A DNA stretch of 32,000 nt from Candidatus Saccharimonadota bacterium (GCA_000503915.1 CP006915.1:120001-152000), one strand, 5' to 3'; shown: positions 22,206-32,000, counted from the first letter of the stretch. Numbers and translations: made by a program. Notes: generated from the sequence alone by a model not told the origin.

Positions 22206-23849
22206 ATGAAACATCCACTCAAACTACTCTTGCTTATCGGATTCATCACTATTTCCAGCCTCGTATGGTACGGGGTTCAGCTCGTACCCAAAGCATCATT
22301 GCCGAAGCCGACATTTATTACCGCTGATAGCACGCCTGAAAAGAAGCCCTCCCAGGATACTTCAAAGCCTGCAAACCCACCTTCAGCTGCCTCTCCTTCT
22401 GCAGTCAAACAATCTTCGTCTCCGTCTACTGCATCGTCGCAGATCACCGCACCAAAGCAGCTCGCAATCAAACAGACAGTCAAAAAAGAGTACACGTACC
22501 ATGCGCTTGTAACCAGCAACGACCCTCTAACCCAAGGCAGCTGGGCGCTCTCCGCACTGAATGCCCAGACGGCTTGGGATACGACGACAGGTAGCGGTGT
22601 AACGGTGGCAGTGATTGATACCGGCTTCGCCCTGTCACACCAGGATCTCGCTTCGCAGTGGTATACCAATACTGGCGAAACAGGCGTGACACTCCTCGGC
22701 GACCCCTGCTGGACCGGCGTAGCAGCAAACAAATCCAGCAATAATTGTGATGACGATGGCAACGGCTATATCGATGATTGGCGCGGCTGGGATTTTGTCG
22801 CTCAAAATAATTCACCACAAGCCGGCCAGCTCAATCCAGACGGCGAGGCTGCGTGGCACGGTACTTCCGTAGCCGGACTGGTTGGCGCGGCTGGCGATAA
22901 CGGCATCGGGATAGCCACGGTTGCGTGGAACAACACACTTATGCCCTTGCAGGCGCTCGACGACAATGGCGACGGCTACACCAGCGACGTCGTCGCAGCG
23001 GTGTATTACGCGGTTGATAACGGTGCGAGTGTTATCAACATGAGCCTGGGTGGGAGCGACAACGACCCAGCACTTGCCGATGCGATTAACTATGCGTATA
23101 CTCACGATGTCGTCGTCGTTGCGGCCGCCGGCAACTGCGGCACTGGCCAAGAAGCTGGCTGTGACCCAGCGCAGCCTGGAGTAATGGGATACCCGGCACT
23201 CGACGCACACGTGATCGCTGTCGGAGCCACCGATAGCAATAATAACCGCGCCAGCTTTAGTAGCTATGGCCCGGGACTCGACATCACTGCACCTGGCTCC
23301 GGCAGCATAGTCTCTCCGGCATGGAGCCCGTCAAACGGCACCAGCCTGTACGCTACCAGCCTCTATGGTACTTCGTTTGCCTCACCCTTGGTTGCCAGTT
23401 ACGTCGGACTTATAAAATCAGTACGACCGTCAACTAATGTCGATGATATTACCGCTATCGTCGATGGCACTGCACGCAAGGTCGCCGGTATGGGTAGCAG
23501 TCTCTATCTGGCGTCGTATGGGCATGGTATTGCGAACGCCGCCCAGGGCATCGGAATCGCTTCTGCTTTGAACGCTTCGTCCGCAATGCCAACCCTATGG
23601 CAAAGCGGTAACCAAAAGGCCGAACATCATTTTACCAGCAGTACTACTCTCACGAGTGGCTGCAGCGTAGACGGAAGCCTACCGTGTACCATCGGAGCGC
23701 AGAATGACGCTGGATATGACCGCTACCTACCCTACCAAACTACTGGAGCCTGGTCGTGGTCAGGTTCGACACTCGGCACGGGAGAATGGACTATACGAGC
23801 CAGAAGCGGTGACAAAACTTCGCCCGCGTACATCTTGCTATACAAATAG
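22206..23849 (+). CDS. S8-family (subtilisin-like) serine peptidase with N-terminal anchor and Ser/Pro-rich linker
   Basis: Catalytic triad contexts VAVIDTGF (Asp), HGTSVAGLVGA (His) and GTSFASPLVA (Ser). TGCTATAAT extended -10 at 22170-22178. Confidence 0.9.
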   Translation: MKHPLKLLLLIGFITISSLVWYGVQLVPKASLPKPTFITADSTPEKKPSQDTSKPANPPSAASPSAVKQSSSPSTASSQITAPKQLAIKQTVKKEYTYHALVTSNDPLTQGSWALSALNAQTAWDTTTGSGVTVAVIDTGFALSHQDLASQWYTNTGETGVTLLGDPCWTGVAANKSSNNCDDDGNGYIDDWRGWDFVAQNNSPQAGQLNPDGEAAWHGTSVAGLVGAAGDNGIGIATVAWNNTLMPLQALDDNGDGYTSDVVAAVYYAVDNGASVINMSLGGSDNDPALADAINYAYTHDVVVVAAAGNCGTGQEAGCDPAQPGVMGYPALDAHVIAVGATDSNNNRASFSSYGPGLDITAPGSGSIVSPAWSPSNGTSLYATSLYGTSFASPLVASYVGLIKSVRPSTNVDDITAIVDGTARKVAGMGSSLYLASYGHGIANAAQGIGIASALNASSAMPTLWQSGNQKAEHHFTSSTTLTSGCSVDGSLPCTIGAQNDAGYDRYLPYQTTGAWSWSGSTLGTGEWTIRARSGDKTSPAYILLYK

Positions 23850-23866
23850 TCTGCTATGATAAACCC

Positions 23867-24457
23867 ATGAAAGAATACCGCACGACACCAATAGCTATCA
23901 TCGGCCAGGGTCTAGCCATTTTCGGCTACGTCAGTTGCACGTTGCAGTGGCTCTGGGCCGGCGTCGTCGGTCTGCCACCACTGCTTGAGAGCGGTTCACT
24001 CGATGCTTTTACAAAGCCAGTGCACTCCGATAGTCCTATTCTTATTTCGTCTTCTTTCGGCACGTCGCCCCTCGTAGTGGCTATTATCGGGTTTATCACA
24101 ATCTGCATGTTGGCGCTGACAATCTATATATTGGTACGCCTTCCAAAAGCGGTAGCAAAAGCTGGCGAGACGATCATCCAGACCGCGGCCGAGAACGTAC
24201 TTCCTGTCGTTACTCATCATCACAAACTTCCAGCCAAGAAAAAACGTATGCTGACAAAACGCCTGGCGTTTTATCTCCAGCTGACAGCCGCAATTTTGCC
24301 GCTTGCCATCACACTACTGCTGCCACCAATCGCCAGCCTGCCCCATGATATCGTTGTCTTTATCGCTGGCTGGCTGGCTATCTTCAGCACCGTCTTCTTT
24401 AGCAGCAGTTATCTATTCTCTAGTCATAAAAAGACTACAGGTAGACGTAAAGTATAA
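23867..24457 (+). CDS. integral membrane protein, unknown function
   Basis: 196-aa ORF with about 4 hydrophobic segments. Located 18 nt after the peptidase gene. Confidence 0.6.
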   Translation: MKEYRTTPIAIIGQGLAIFGYVSCTLQWLWAGVVGLPPLLESGSLDAFTKPVHSDSPILISSSFGTSPLVVAIIGFITICMLALTIYILVRLPKAVAKAGETIIQTAAENVLPVVTHHHKLPAKKKRMLTKRLAFYLQLTAAILPLAITLLLPPIASLPHDIVVFIAGWLAIFSTVFFSSSYLFSSHKKTTGRRKV

Positions 24458-24475
24458 TACTAGCCGAGGGATCTA

Positions 24476-25966
24476 CTACTTGGCGTATTCGATTGCGCGG
24501 GTTTCGCGGATGACATTCACTTTGATTGTACCCGGGTACTGCATAGTGCTTTCGATCTTGTTGGCGATATCACGCGCCAGCTTGATACCAGACAGGTCGT
24601 CAACACGCTCGGGCTTAACGATGACACGGACTTCACGACCAGCTGAGATCGCATAGGCCTTATCGATCCCGTCAAAACTGATAGCGACGTTTTCAAGATC
24701 GCGCATACGCTCGGCAAAGTTTTCGGCCGAGATATTGCGTGCACCCGGACGAGCCGCCGACGCAGCGTCAACAACCCGGACAACCAGCGCTTCGGGTGTC
24801 GTGGCTTCGATGTCATCATGATGAGCTTCAATCGCGTGCACCACTTCCGGCTTCATGCCGTACTTTTTCGCCAGTTCAGCACCAATATGGTGATGCTTGC
24901 CTTCGATTTTGTGCGTGACGGCCTTGCCGACATCGTGAAGCAGGGTAGCAATCTTGACCGTACGGACATCAGCGCCGATCTCTTCGGCAATCATGCCGGC
25001 GATGTGCGCCATCTCGGTCGAATGCATCAGGACGTTCTGGCCGTAGGAGGTACGGAATTTCAACTCACCAAGTAGACGCAACATCTCCTTCGGAATCCCA
25101 ACCACGCCAACTTCACGGGCAGCATCTTCACCAGCGCGGTCGACTTCTTTGTCAATCTGTTTCTCAGCCTTCGCGACCACTTCCTCGATACGTCCAGGGT
25201 GGATGCGGCCGTCTTTCATCAGCATCTCAAGCGTCAATCGAGCCACCTGACGACGGACAGGGTCAAAGCTGGAAAGTACAATCATACCCGGCGTGTCATC
25301 AACTAAAATATCTACTCCGGTGGCGCGTTGTAGTGCCTGGATGTTACGGCCTTCTTTACCAATAATTCGACCCTTCATCTCGTCGTCGGTCAACTTGATC
25401 GCGGTCACAGTACGCTCAGCCGTCACCTCAGAACTCATACGCTCCATGGCGGAAACCAAGATCTCTTGGGCGCGCTCTTCGGCATCGTGCATGGCGTCCT
25501 TTTGCAGCTTGTCAACCAAGCCAGTCAGGTCATGCTTGATATCGCGCTCGGTCATTTGCATCAGCTTGTCAGCCGCATCTTGTTTCTTCAGACCAGCGAT
25601 CTTTTCCAGCTTTTCTTGCTGGCGAGTGCGAATATCACGAATCTCATCTTTGAGTTTTTCAACTTCATCTTCCTGGCCACGCAGTTTTTCAGCCCGTTTA
25701 TCGAGCTCATCGAGCTTTTTATCAAGTGTCGTTTCGCGGTCAGCCAAACGGTCTTCGGTCTTTTTCCACTCACGTCGGCGTTCTTTCTCGATCTCGATCG
25801 CTTCATCTTTGGCTTTCAAGACGATGTCACTCGCCTTTCGCTCGGCCTGAGCTACCTCTCTCTCTAACTTTGTTTTGGCACTGCTCTTTTGCTGTGTGTC
25901 GTAAGCGAATTTTCCGCCCACACCAGCAATAATACCGACAATCGCCGCTAATAACGCTTCTACCAT
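24476..25966 (-). CDS. rny: ribonuclease Y
   Basis: N-terminal TM helix and a charged coiled-coil region. KH domain (IIGKEGRNIQALQRATGVDILVDD). HD domain (LLHDVGKA...HHDD). Confidence 0.9.
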   Translation of the reverse strand: MVEALLAAIVGIIAGVGGKFAYDTQQKSSAKTKLEREVAQAERKASDIVLKAKDEAIEIEKERRREWKKTEDRLADRETTLDKKLDELDKRAEKLRGQEDEVEKLKDEIRDIRTRQQEKLEKIAGLKKQDAADKLMQMTERDIKHDLTGLVDKLQKDAMHDAEERAQEILVSAMERMSSEVTAERTVTAIKLTDDEMKGRIIGKEGRNIQALQRATGVDILVDDTPGMIVLSSFDPVRRQVARLTLEMLMKDGRIHPGRIEEVVAKAEKQIDKEVDRAGEDAAREVGVVGIPKEMLRLLGELKFRTSYGQNVLMHSTEMAHIAGMIAEEIGADVRTVKIATLLHDVGKAVTHKIEGKHHHIGAELAKKYGMKPEVVHAIEAHHDDIEATTPEALVVRVVDAASAARPGARNISAENFAERMRDLENVAISFDGIDKAYAISAGREVRVIVKPERVDDLSGIKLARDIANKIESTMQYPGTIKVNVIRETRAIEYAK

Positions 25967-26123
25967 AGTGGTTCCTTTCTTAGCTCACCCCCGCAGCGTG
26001 TTCGTCGCTGCGATGAAGTTTGATCAAGAGTCAGCTAAATATTTCAAAAATTTTCGTAGTTAGTCTGCCATAAAACGGACTACTTCTATTGTAGCGCCTT
26101 TTTGCCAATCTAGGCAATGAGGT

Positions 26124-26663
26124 TTACTTAACAATATAATATTCAGACGATGAGTAGTTAGTGGGCTGTGGCCCAGCCGCACAGTCACCGTTGATGCTTC
26201 TCTCTTGCGAGCTGTTTTCAAGACGATAAGCTAGCAGGTAGCTCGGCCTGCCGGCAGGCGTCGTACACCAACCTGGATTGGCAACAATATCGTAGTTATA
26301 GCCACCCGATATACCAGCTGGGGTATCTGTGGATGCTCGAGGATCTTTTGGTACCTTCGATAAGTATTTCGGTACTAAATATGTTTCAAAAGTTGTCCAG
26401 CTCGCGTCGGCAGTAGTTGTCCATCCACTGTTAATCTTACACCCGGCACCAAGGGTGCAGCTTGTGGGAGGATAAGAACCGTTGTCGATATAGTACAATT
26501 CCATCGCTTTCGTAATTATTGCGATATCATTTTTTCGTTGCGCGTCCCGAGCTCGAGCTTGAATGCCGTTGTACGCGACCACAGTAATTGCCGCCAGAAT
26601 GGCAATCACGACGATAACGATGAGAAGTTCAACGATCGTGAAGCCCCGTTTTCTAGCTCTCAT
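26124..26663 (-). CDS. type IV pilin-like protein
   Basis: MRARKRG then FTIVELLIVIVVIAILAAITVVAYNGIQARARDAQRKNDI. Confidence 0.85.
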   Translation of the reverse strand: MRARKRGFTIVELLIVIVVIAILAAITVVAYNGIQARARDAQRKNDIAIITKAMELYYIDNGSYPPTSCTLGAGCKINSGWTTTADASWTTFETYLVPKYLSKVPKDPRASTDTPAGISGGYNYDIVANPGWCTTPAGRPSYLLAYRLENSSQERSINGDCAAGPQPTNYSSSEYYIVK

Positions 26664-26669
26664 ATAATA

Positions 26670-27212
26670 TTAATCCTTGCTTCGTCTATAGTTGCTACCA
26701 GCGTAAAGCGAGCCCGCATTATAACTACAGCTCCCCTCTAGTGTATTCGCTTGCGAGGTGACTTCATATTTATATACGAGAAGGAATGCTTGAGCAGTAG
26801 TCGCATTAACACAGTACCCTGGCCGACTATAGTACGAGTAGTCGTACCCTCCCGCATCATTCCAAGGATATGCACCCGCACTCGTTTGCTTACTGATAGG
26901 GTCTTTGGGGACGGATGAAATATAGGGAGTAAGCTGATTTACAAGATTTTGCCAACTACTGTCAGCCGTCGTACTCCAGCTACTGTTGATAGAGGTGGAG
27001 CCCGAACTTAATGGATAACTGCCATTATTAATGTAGTAGATTTCCAATGCCTTAACGAGTGCAGTAATGTCCGATTTTCGCTGTGCATCACGTGCCCGTT
27101 GTTGAATGCCGTTATACGCGACCATAGTAATTGCCGCCAGAATCGCGATAACCACGATAACGATCAAGAGCTCGACGATTGTAAACCCTTTTTGAGACCA
27201 GCGCGATTTCAT
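26670..27212 (-). CDS. type IV pilin-like protein (tandem paralogue)
   Basis: MKSRWSQKG then FTIVELLIVIVVIAILAAITMVAYNGIQQRARDAQRKSDI. Start taken at the internal ATG 27212 of track ORF 26670..27245. Confidence 0.85.
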   Translation of the reverse strand: MKSRWSQKGFTIVELLIVIVVIAILAAITMVAYNGIQQRARDAQRKSDITALVKALEIYYINNGSYPLSSGSTSINSSWSTTADSSWQNLVNQLTPYISSVPKDPISKQTSAGAYPWNDAGGYDYSYYSRPGYCVNATTAQAFLLVYKYEVTSQANTLEGSCSYNAGSLYAGSNYRRSKD

Positions 27213-27248
27213 AGTAGAAGTATAAGCCGGGAGAAAAGTAAGCACAAG

Positions 27249-27635
27249 CTACTTGCGTGGCTTGGTGATATTGGCCTCGCGGCCATACAGCGGCATGACC
27301 AACTGGTCATTCTCTCCAGCTGTTAGTCGCTGTTGGCAGGTCGCTTGCCAATCATCGCCGGTTTCGCCAACGATAGGAATCGCATTTGCGTCGGCAATCG
27401 TATTGCAGACAGTGATGCCAATACGTAAGCCCGTGAAGCTACCCGGTCCTTTGTAGACGCCAATACCGCGAACATCTGTCCAGTTCTTATCGCAAGCCGC
27501 CAGCTGGCCACGAACATACCCAATCAAGCCGTCCGCCATGCCTCGGTCAGCTTGCCATTCGTCACGCAATACATCCGCACCGTTGACGAATGTCAGTTTG
27601 CAAACTGGTGTCGAGGTATCAAGTAGCAGAATCAC
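27249..27635 (-). CDS. tsaB: short TsaB-like protein (t6A tRNA modification, N-terminal domain only)
   Basis: LLLDTSTPVCKL...GVYKGPGSFTGLRIGITVCNTIA. Overlaps the tsaE stop by 4 nt. Confidence 0.75.
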   Translation of the reverse strand: MILLLDTSTPVCKLTFVNGADVLRDEWQADRGMADGLIGYVRGQLAACDKNWTDVRGIGVYKGPGSFTGLRIGITVCNTIADANAIPIVGETGDDWQATCQQRLTAGENDQLVMPLYGREANITKPRK

Positions 27636-28108
27636 GCAGTTATTCCCTCCAGTAAGATGCGGCCTTTTACACCATGGGCTTTTGCTTCCACTTCTCGCTC
27701 TGACTCAGACATCGCCCGAAAGGTGATTTCGATATATTCTTTCGGCAATACGTCACGAATCACATCACCCCACTCGATCACAACCACCGTCTTCTCATCA
27801 CTGGCCGTATCATGCAGCTCATCGGCCATAATGCCGGCGTCGGGTAGACGATAGAAATCGTAATGCGCCAGACGTAGACTATGCGGTGTCTCGTAGAGGC
27901 GGCTGATCGTAAAGGTCGGACTCTGCACAGTGTCGGTGATACCCATGCCATGAGCCAGCCCTTTGGTAAACGTCGTCTTCCCGGCGCCAATATCACCGAC
28001 AAGTTCCAAGCATTCACCACCACGAGCCTGCGCACCAAATCGTGCGCCAAGCCGCTTCATCTCTTCTTCGGATTTTACCAGCCATTTCATCTCTAAAAAG
28101 TATAGCAT
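27632..28108 (-). CDS. tsaE: tRNA threonylcarbamoyladenosine biosynthesis ATPase TsaE
   Basis: LVGDIGAGKTTFTKGLAHGMGI, VQSPTFTISRLYE and HYDFYRL. An alternative start exists at ATG 28090. Confidence 0.85.
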   Translation of the reverse strand: MLYFLEMKWLVKSEEEMKRLGARFGAQARGGECLELVGDIGAGKTTFTKGLAHGMGITDTVQSPTFTISRLYETPHSLRLAHYDFYRLPDAGIMADELHDTASDEKTVVVIEWGDVIRDVLPKEYIEITFRAMSESEREVEAKAHGVKGRILLEGITA

Positions 28109-28217
28109 TGATCGCCCAATGGTGCCTGCCTGACAAGATCGTCGTCATCTGTTTATCCACGAGAGAAAGCACTAGCGATTTCGGGCTCAGGCAGGTATAG
28201 TAGAAAGCGTACCTATT

Positions 28218-29999
28218 ATGCGCATTGCTGATGTCACAATTGAAAAGCTCTTAGAGCAGGGTGGGAAGGCATCACCCGAGAAGATCGCCGAGCTACGCGA
28301 GACGGCGGCTCGTTCAAGGCGCCCGTTGCAATCGATCATCCTGCAGGATAATTTCGTTACCGAAACCGAGTTGGCAAAAATGTTCGCCAGCTACTCGGGT
28401 ATTCCCTTTATCGAGGTTGACCCGCGCGCTATCCCGACTGAGGTTCTCAACAAAATCCCCGAGCGCATCGCTACACAATACATGGCGATTCTATTTCAGA
28501 TTGACAAAGATGGCCTCATGCACCTCGCCATGGACGACCCAGATGATGTGCAGGCCGTCGATTTCATCGAGAAGCAAATCGGTGAAAATACCAAGATTTA
28601 TATAGCTACCCGTGAGAATATCCTAGCGTGCCTCGAGAACTATCGCGGCGACGTCAACCAGCAGCTCAACGACGTGATTGACGTCCAGCGCGAGGAAGAC
28701 GGTAGCGAACAAACCGTCAGCGAAGCCGATATTGCCGAAGATTCGCCCGTCGCCCAGACGATCAACTTGTTGCTTGAATACGCTATCCGCTCGAGTGCCA
28801 GCGATGTCCACATCGAGCCACGCGAAGATTTCGTGCAAGTACGCTACCGAGTCGATGGTGTCTTAAAGGAAGTAAACCGTTTACCACGTAACGTTCTTGG
28901 TGCACTCGTCAGCCGTATCAAGATCCTTTCCAACCTAAAGATTGACGAACGGCGCGTGCCGCAGGATGGCCGCTTCAAGATCAAAGTTGGCGGCAAGCAG
29001 TACGCCCTGCGTGTCAGCAGCCTCCCGGTTGCCGATGGCGAGAAGGTCGTTATGCGTATTCTCGACGAGAGCAACCAAGCCGTTACCCTTCAAGAGCTTG
29101 GCTACTGGGGTCCGTCTCTCGCCGTCGTCAATGATGCAATGACAGAAAGCAACGGAATCATCCTCGTCACCGGTCCGACCGGTAGTGGTAAGTCAACCAG
29201 CCTGTTCAGTGTCCTGACCCTCCTTAATAAACCCGATGTCAATATATCCACCATCGAAGACCCAGTCGAATACAAGATTCCAGGAGTCAACCAGACACAA
29301 ACGAACCCCAAGGCCGGCATGACGTTTGCCAGTGGACTGAGGGCATTGCTGCGCCAAGACCCAAACATCATTATGGTCGGTGAGATCCGTGACTCAGAAA
29401 CCGCCAACTTAGGCGTGCAAGCGGCTTTGACAGGCCACCTTGTGCTCTCAACACTTCACACCAACGACGCCGCAACTTCCCTACCGCGTCTGCTCGACAT
29501 GGGTATTGAGCCATTCCTGATCGCAACGACCATACGAGCAGTAATCGGCCAGCGGCTGGTTCGCCGTCTTTGCCCGGTATGCCGCCAGAATTTCCAGCCG
29601 TCGGTGGAAGAAATTGACGCCATCAAGCGTACGTTCAATTTAGACGACACCAGCTTTACGTATATCCACGGTCTGGAGATAAAGGCCAAGGAGCAAGAGC
29701 TTGGAGAAGATCTTGCACTCGGTACGACTGATAGCGGTACAGTAACGAGTCTATGGCGGGCATCCCCAAATGGCTGCGATGAATGTAACAACACCGGTTA
29801 CCGCGGACGTATCGGTATCTACGAAGGACTCCGCAATTCCCAGACGGTACAAAAGCTCATCGTCAGCCATGCTACCAGTCACCAGATCAAGCAGCAGGCG
29901 ATCCAGGAAGGCATGATCACCATGCAGATCGATGGCTTGGTCAAGGCTCTCAGAGGCGAGACGTCAATCGAAGAAGTCTTAAGGGTGACAAAGGAATAA
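28218..29999 (+). CDS. pilB: type IV pilus assembly ATPase PilB (GspE family)
   Basis: Walker A ILVTGPTGSGKST, IMVGEIRD, the tetracysteine motif CPVC...CDEC, and an N-terminal GspE-N-like domain. Confidence 0.9.
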   Translation: MRIADVTIEKLLEQGGKASPEKIAELRETAARSRRPLQSIILQDNFVTETELAKMFASYSGIPFIEVDPRAIPTEVLNKIPERIATQYMAILFQIDKDGLMHLAMDDPDDVQAVDFIEKQIGENTKIYIATRENILACLENYRGDVNQQLNDVIDVQREEDGSEQTVSEADIAEDSPVAQTINLLLEYAIRSSASDVHIEPREDFVQVRYRVDGVLKEVNRLPRNVLGALVSRIKILSNLKIDERRVPQDGRFKIKVGGKQYALRVSSLPVADGEKVVMRILDESNQAVTLQELGYWGPSLAVVNDAMTESNGIILVTGPTGSGKSTSLFSVLTLLNKPDVNISTIEDPVEYKIPGVNQTQTNPKAGMTFASGLRALLRQDPNIIMVGEIRDSETANLGVQAALTGHLVLSTLHTNDAATSLPRLLDMGIEPFLIATTIRAVIGQRLVRRLCPVCRQNFQPSVEEIDAIKRTFNLDDTSFTYIHGLEIKAKEQELGEDLALGTTDSGTVTSLWRASPNGCDECNNTGYRGRIGIYEGLRNSQTVQKLIVSHATSHQIKQQAIQEGMITMQIDGLVKALRGETSIEEVLRVTKE

Positions 30000-30003
30000 A
30001 TCG

Positions 30004-31236
30004 ATGGCCTCATTTAGCTATGTTGCCTTAAACTCTGGCGGTGAACGAATACAAGGCACGCTTGAGGCGCCCGAGCGAGGTGCGGTTCTCAAAGGCTTGA
30101 CCGACCAAGGGCTCAGACCACTTAGCATCAAAGAGGTAGCTACGAGAGGCCTCCCGACGATTAGCTTTGGCAAATTCTTAAGTAGCGGCAAAGTAAAAAA
30201 TGATGTCATCGTGATCTTTACCCGCGAGCTGAGTGCCATGGTAGGCGCCGGCGTTCCCTTGCTACGCGCACTCAACTCTTTACGCGAACACACCGAGAGT
30301 CAAAACCTGAAGCGCGTCCTGGAAGGCATCGTCAAAGACGTCGAAGCCGGTGCACCACTCGGTGAAGCGATGAGTAAGCACCCCAAGGTATTCAGTGACG
30401 TCTACGTCAACATGGTGCGGGCCGGGGAAGCAGCTGGTATCCTGGATGATATCTTAAAACGTATCGCACTCCAGCAGGAAAAGAATGCCACCATCCGTAA
30501 ACGTATCAAGAGCGCCATGGCCTACCCGACCGTGTTGATCGGCATCACTGTGCTAGCCTTTTTCGGCCTGATGCTTTTTGTCATCCCACAGATCGGCAAT
30601 ATCATCACCGACCTCGGTGGTCCTGACGCTGAATTGCCACTTCTAACTCAGATCATGCTCGGTATCAGTCATGGCGTCATCAGTTTTTGGTATATCATCT
30701 TTCCTACCTTGATCGGCGGTGTCATCTTTTTGATCCGCTACCTCCAAACGGAAAACGGTAAGGCGCAGCTGCACCACTTCTCACTACGTGTACCAGGTGT
30801 CAAAACAATCATTACCAAAGTTGCCGTCGCCCGTTTTTCCCGTACTTTTTCGGCTCTTATCGGAGCTGGTGTGCCGGTACTTGAAGCGCTCGATGTGACT
30901 GCCCATGCCGTGGGAAATGTTGTCTATCGTGATGCACTCATGGAGGCGGGTGAAGCAGTCAAAGAAGGCGCCGCACTTTCATCGGTCATTGAGAAAAATG
31001 ACCTGTTTCCGGCTATCGTGCCACAGATGCTTTCGGTGGGTGAGGAAACAGGGCAGACCGACACCGTGCTTATCAAAGTGGCCGAATTTTACGAAGAAGA
31101 AGTAGACGTGGCAATTGAAGGGCTGAGTTCGATCATCGAGCCGGTCATGATCGTCTTTATGGGATCGATGGTCGGTCTGATCGCCGCCAGTGTTATGCTG
31201 CCGATTGCCAGCCTGTCACAAAGCATTAAAGGCTAG
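30004..31236 (+). CDS. pilC: type IV pilus platform protein PilC (GspF family)
   Basis: Two T2SS-F repeats with 3 TM segments. Position directly after pilB. Confidence 0.9.
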   Translation: MASFSYVALNSGGERIQGTLEAPERGAVLKGLTDQGLRPLSIKEVATRGLPTISFGKFLSSGKVKNDVIVIFTRELSAMVGAGVPLLRALNSLREHTESQNLKRVLEGIVKDVEAGAPLGEAMSKHPKVFSDVYVNMVRAGEAAGILDDILKRIALQQEKNATIRKRIKSAMAYPTVLIGITVLAFFGLMLFVIPQIGNIITDLGGPDAELPLLTQIMLGISHGVISFWYIIFPTLIGGVIFLIRYLQTENGKAQLHHFSLRVPGVKTIITKVAVARFSRTFSALIGAGVPVLEALDVTAHAVGNVVYRDALMEAGEAVKEGAALSSVIEKNDLFPAIVPQMLSVGEETGQTDTVLIKVAEFYEEEVDVAIEGLSSIIEPVMIVFMGSMVGLIAASVMLPIASLSQSIKG

Positions 31237-31308
31237 GGCAATGCGGCGTGCATTTTCCAAACCGCTCATGTATACTGAGAAGTAAGAAATTAGTGGGCAA
31301 TACTACCG

Positions 31309-32000
31309 GTGGCAAAATTATTTTATAAAGACAAACCCATAATCGGACTCGACATCAGCCAAACCGGCATGAAGGTCATGTCGGTCGATGTAAAAAAGTG
31401 GCTGGTGACTGGCTATGGCTCGATCGATTTAGACCCCGTGAAAGTTCAACAGTCGCTCGATGGTGACGGTAATTATCTGATCAACAGCCTCCGGTCGTTA
31501 CTCCATGGGAATCTAGTCGGCACACTAGCCAGCCACCATGTTGTCCTCGGTATTCCAGCCGCCCGCACATTCACCCGCACATTCACTCTCCCACCAAGTT
31601 CAGAGAAAAACCTCAAAGATGCGGTGGAGCTGGAAGTTGACCAGTACATCCCAGTGCCCCTGGCAGCTCTCTATGTCGACTACGAAGTGATCGAGCGGAC
31701 AAAGGATCAGCTGACCGTACTGATGTGCGCCGTTCCGCAGACCGTTGTGGCGACATATACCGCTCTGGTTCATGAAGCAGGACTGCGTGTCTGTATGGTC
31801 GAGACCAGCGCCAGTGCGGTTGCACGGCTGCTTGAGGCGACCGAAGAAGGACACTTGCCAACCGTTATTGTTGATATTGGTCCCGCTACCACCGATATTG
31901 CAATCCTCGATGGCTCAATTCGTATCACTGGCTCGCTCAGTATTGGTGGCAATACTTTCACGCTTGATATCGCCAAAAAGCTTCATGTCCCACTAGAGAA
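31309..32000 (+). CDS. pilM: type IV pilus assembly protein PilM (partial, continues past window end)
   Basis: GTG 31309 opens a frame reading MAKLFYKDKPIIGLDISQTGMKVMSVD...VIVDIGPATTDIAILDG...SIGGNTFTLDIAKKL (actin-like ATPase fold motifs). There is no stop before position 32000, so it is absent from the ORF track. Confidence 0.8.
   Translation, partial: MAKLFYKDKPIIGLDISQTGMKVMSVDVKKWLVTGYGSIDLDPVKVQQSLDGDGNYLINSLRSLLHGNLVGTLASHHVVLGIPAARTFTRTFTLPPSSEKNLKDAVELEVDQYIPVPLAALYVDYEVIERTKDQLTVLMCAVPQTVVATYTALVHEAGLRVCMVETSASAVARLLEATEEGHLPTVIVDIGPATTDIAILDGSIRITGSLSIGGNTFTLDIAKKLHVPLE

Noticed and set aside
22277-23210. Minus-strand ORFs of 112-161 aa overlapping the S8 peptidase gene
   Set aside because: They are antisense to a gene with an intact Asp/His/Ser catalytic triad. 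They have no motifs and no RBS.
25293-25932. Long plus-strand ORFs (185, 133 and 68 aa) inside the rny locus
   Set aside because: They are antisense to a clearly conserved RNase Y gene. The translations are low-complexity Ser/Leu-rich mirrors of the Glu/Lys-rich coiled-coil region, which is a typical antisense artefact.
28124-28217. 9-bp long-range pairing (CCTGCCTGA 28125-28133 with TCAGGCAGG 28187-28195) upstream of pilB, considered as a c-di-GMP riboswitch
   Set aside because: No GEMM-type conserved elements (ACGCAAAGC, tetraloop/receptor pair) are visible. A single helix is insufficient evidence, so it is left as an unexplained 5' UTR stem.
31600-31996. Track ORFs 31600-31854 (-), 31613-31861 (-), 31770-31976 (-) and 31745-31996 (+)
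   Set aside because: All overlap the open, GTG-initiated pilM frame, which has clear PilM/actin-like motifs. They are spurious.
1-32000. CRISPR arrays, rRNA genes, and prophage structural genes
   Set aside because: No regularly spaced short direct repeats, no rRNA-like conserved stretches, and no capsid, tail or terminase-like ORFs were seen. The island looks like a non-phage integrative element.

Overview
The window reads as a small-genome, Gram-positive-type bacterium. It is most consistent with a Patescibacteria/CPR (Saccharibacteria-like) lineage. That call is my inference from the pilin N-termini (GFTIVELLIVIVVIAILAAITVVAYNGIQ), murT/gatD, RNase Y, a short TsaB and a type IV pilus locus; no search was run.

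Core genes are:
- an ArsR-YHS metalloregulator with a SHOCT membrane protein, and a Crp/Fnr regulator
- a membrane-anchored Clp/Hsp100-like ATPase
- murT-gatD
- a frameshifted bcp peroxiredoxin
- tRNA-Pro(UGG)
- an S8 peptidase
- rny
- tsaE-tsaB
- pilB-pilC-pilM, where pilM starts at a GTG and runs off the window, so it is missing from the ORF track
- four canonical type IV pilin genes

The most interesting part is a roughly 11.3-kb low-GC segment (about 8570-19830) inserted at the 3' end of tRNA-Pro. It carries a large serine recombinase whose last codons lie inside the tRNA, and an excisionase-type HTH. Its cargo looks like stacked defence or exclusion modules:
- a possible HEPN-motif protein translationally coupled to a polytopic membrane protein
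- a 1294-aa DUF4011-like/Upf1-like SF1 helicase fused to a DUF559-type endonuclease and a WYL-like tail
- a membrane-anchored pilin mimic preceded by a highly structured RNA leader
- a TIR-like protein plus partner, bracketed by two copies of a ~108-nt repeat

A second compositional outlier is a high-GC secreted glycerophosphodiesterase gene next to an IS200-like Y1 transposase.

All functional calls rest on motifs I recognised by eye. No database or HMM search was possible.
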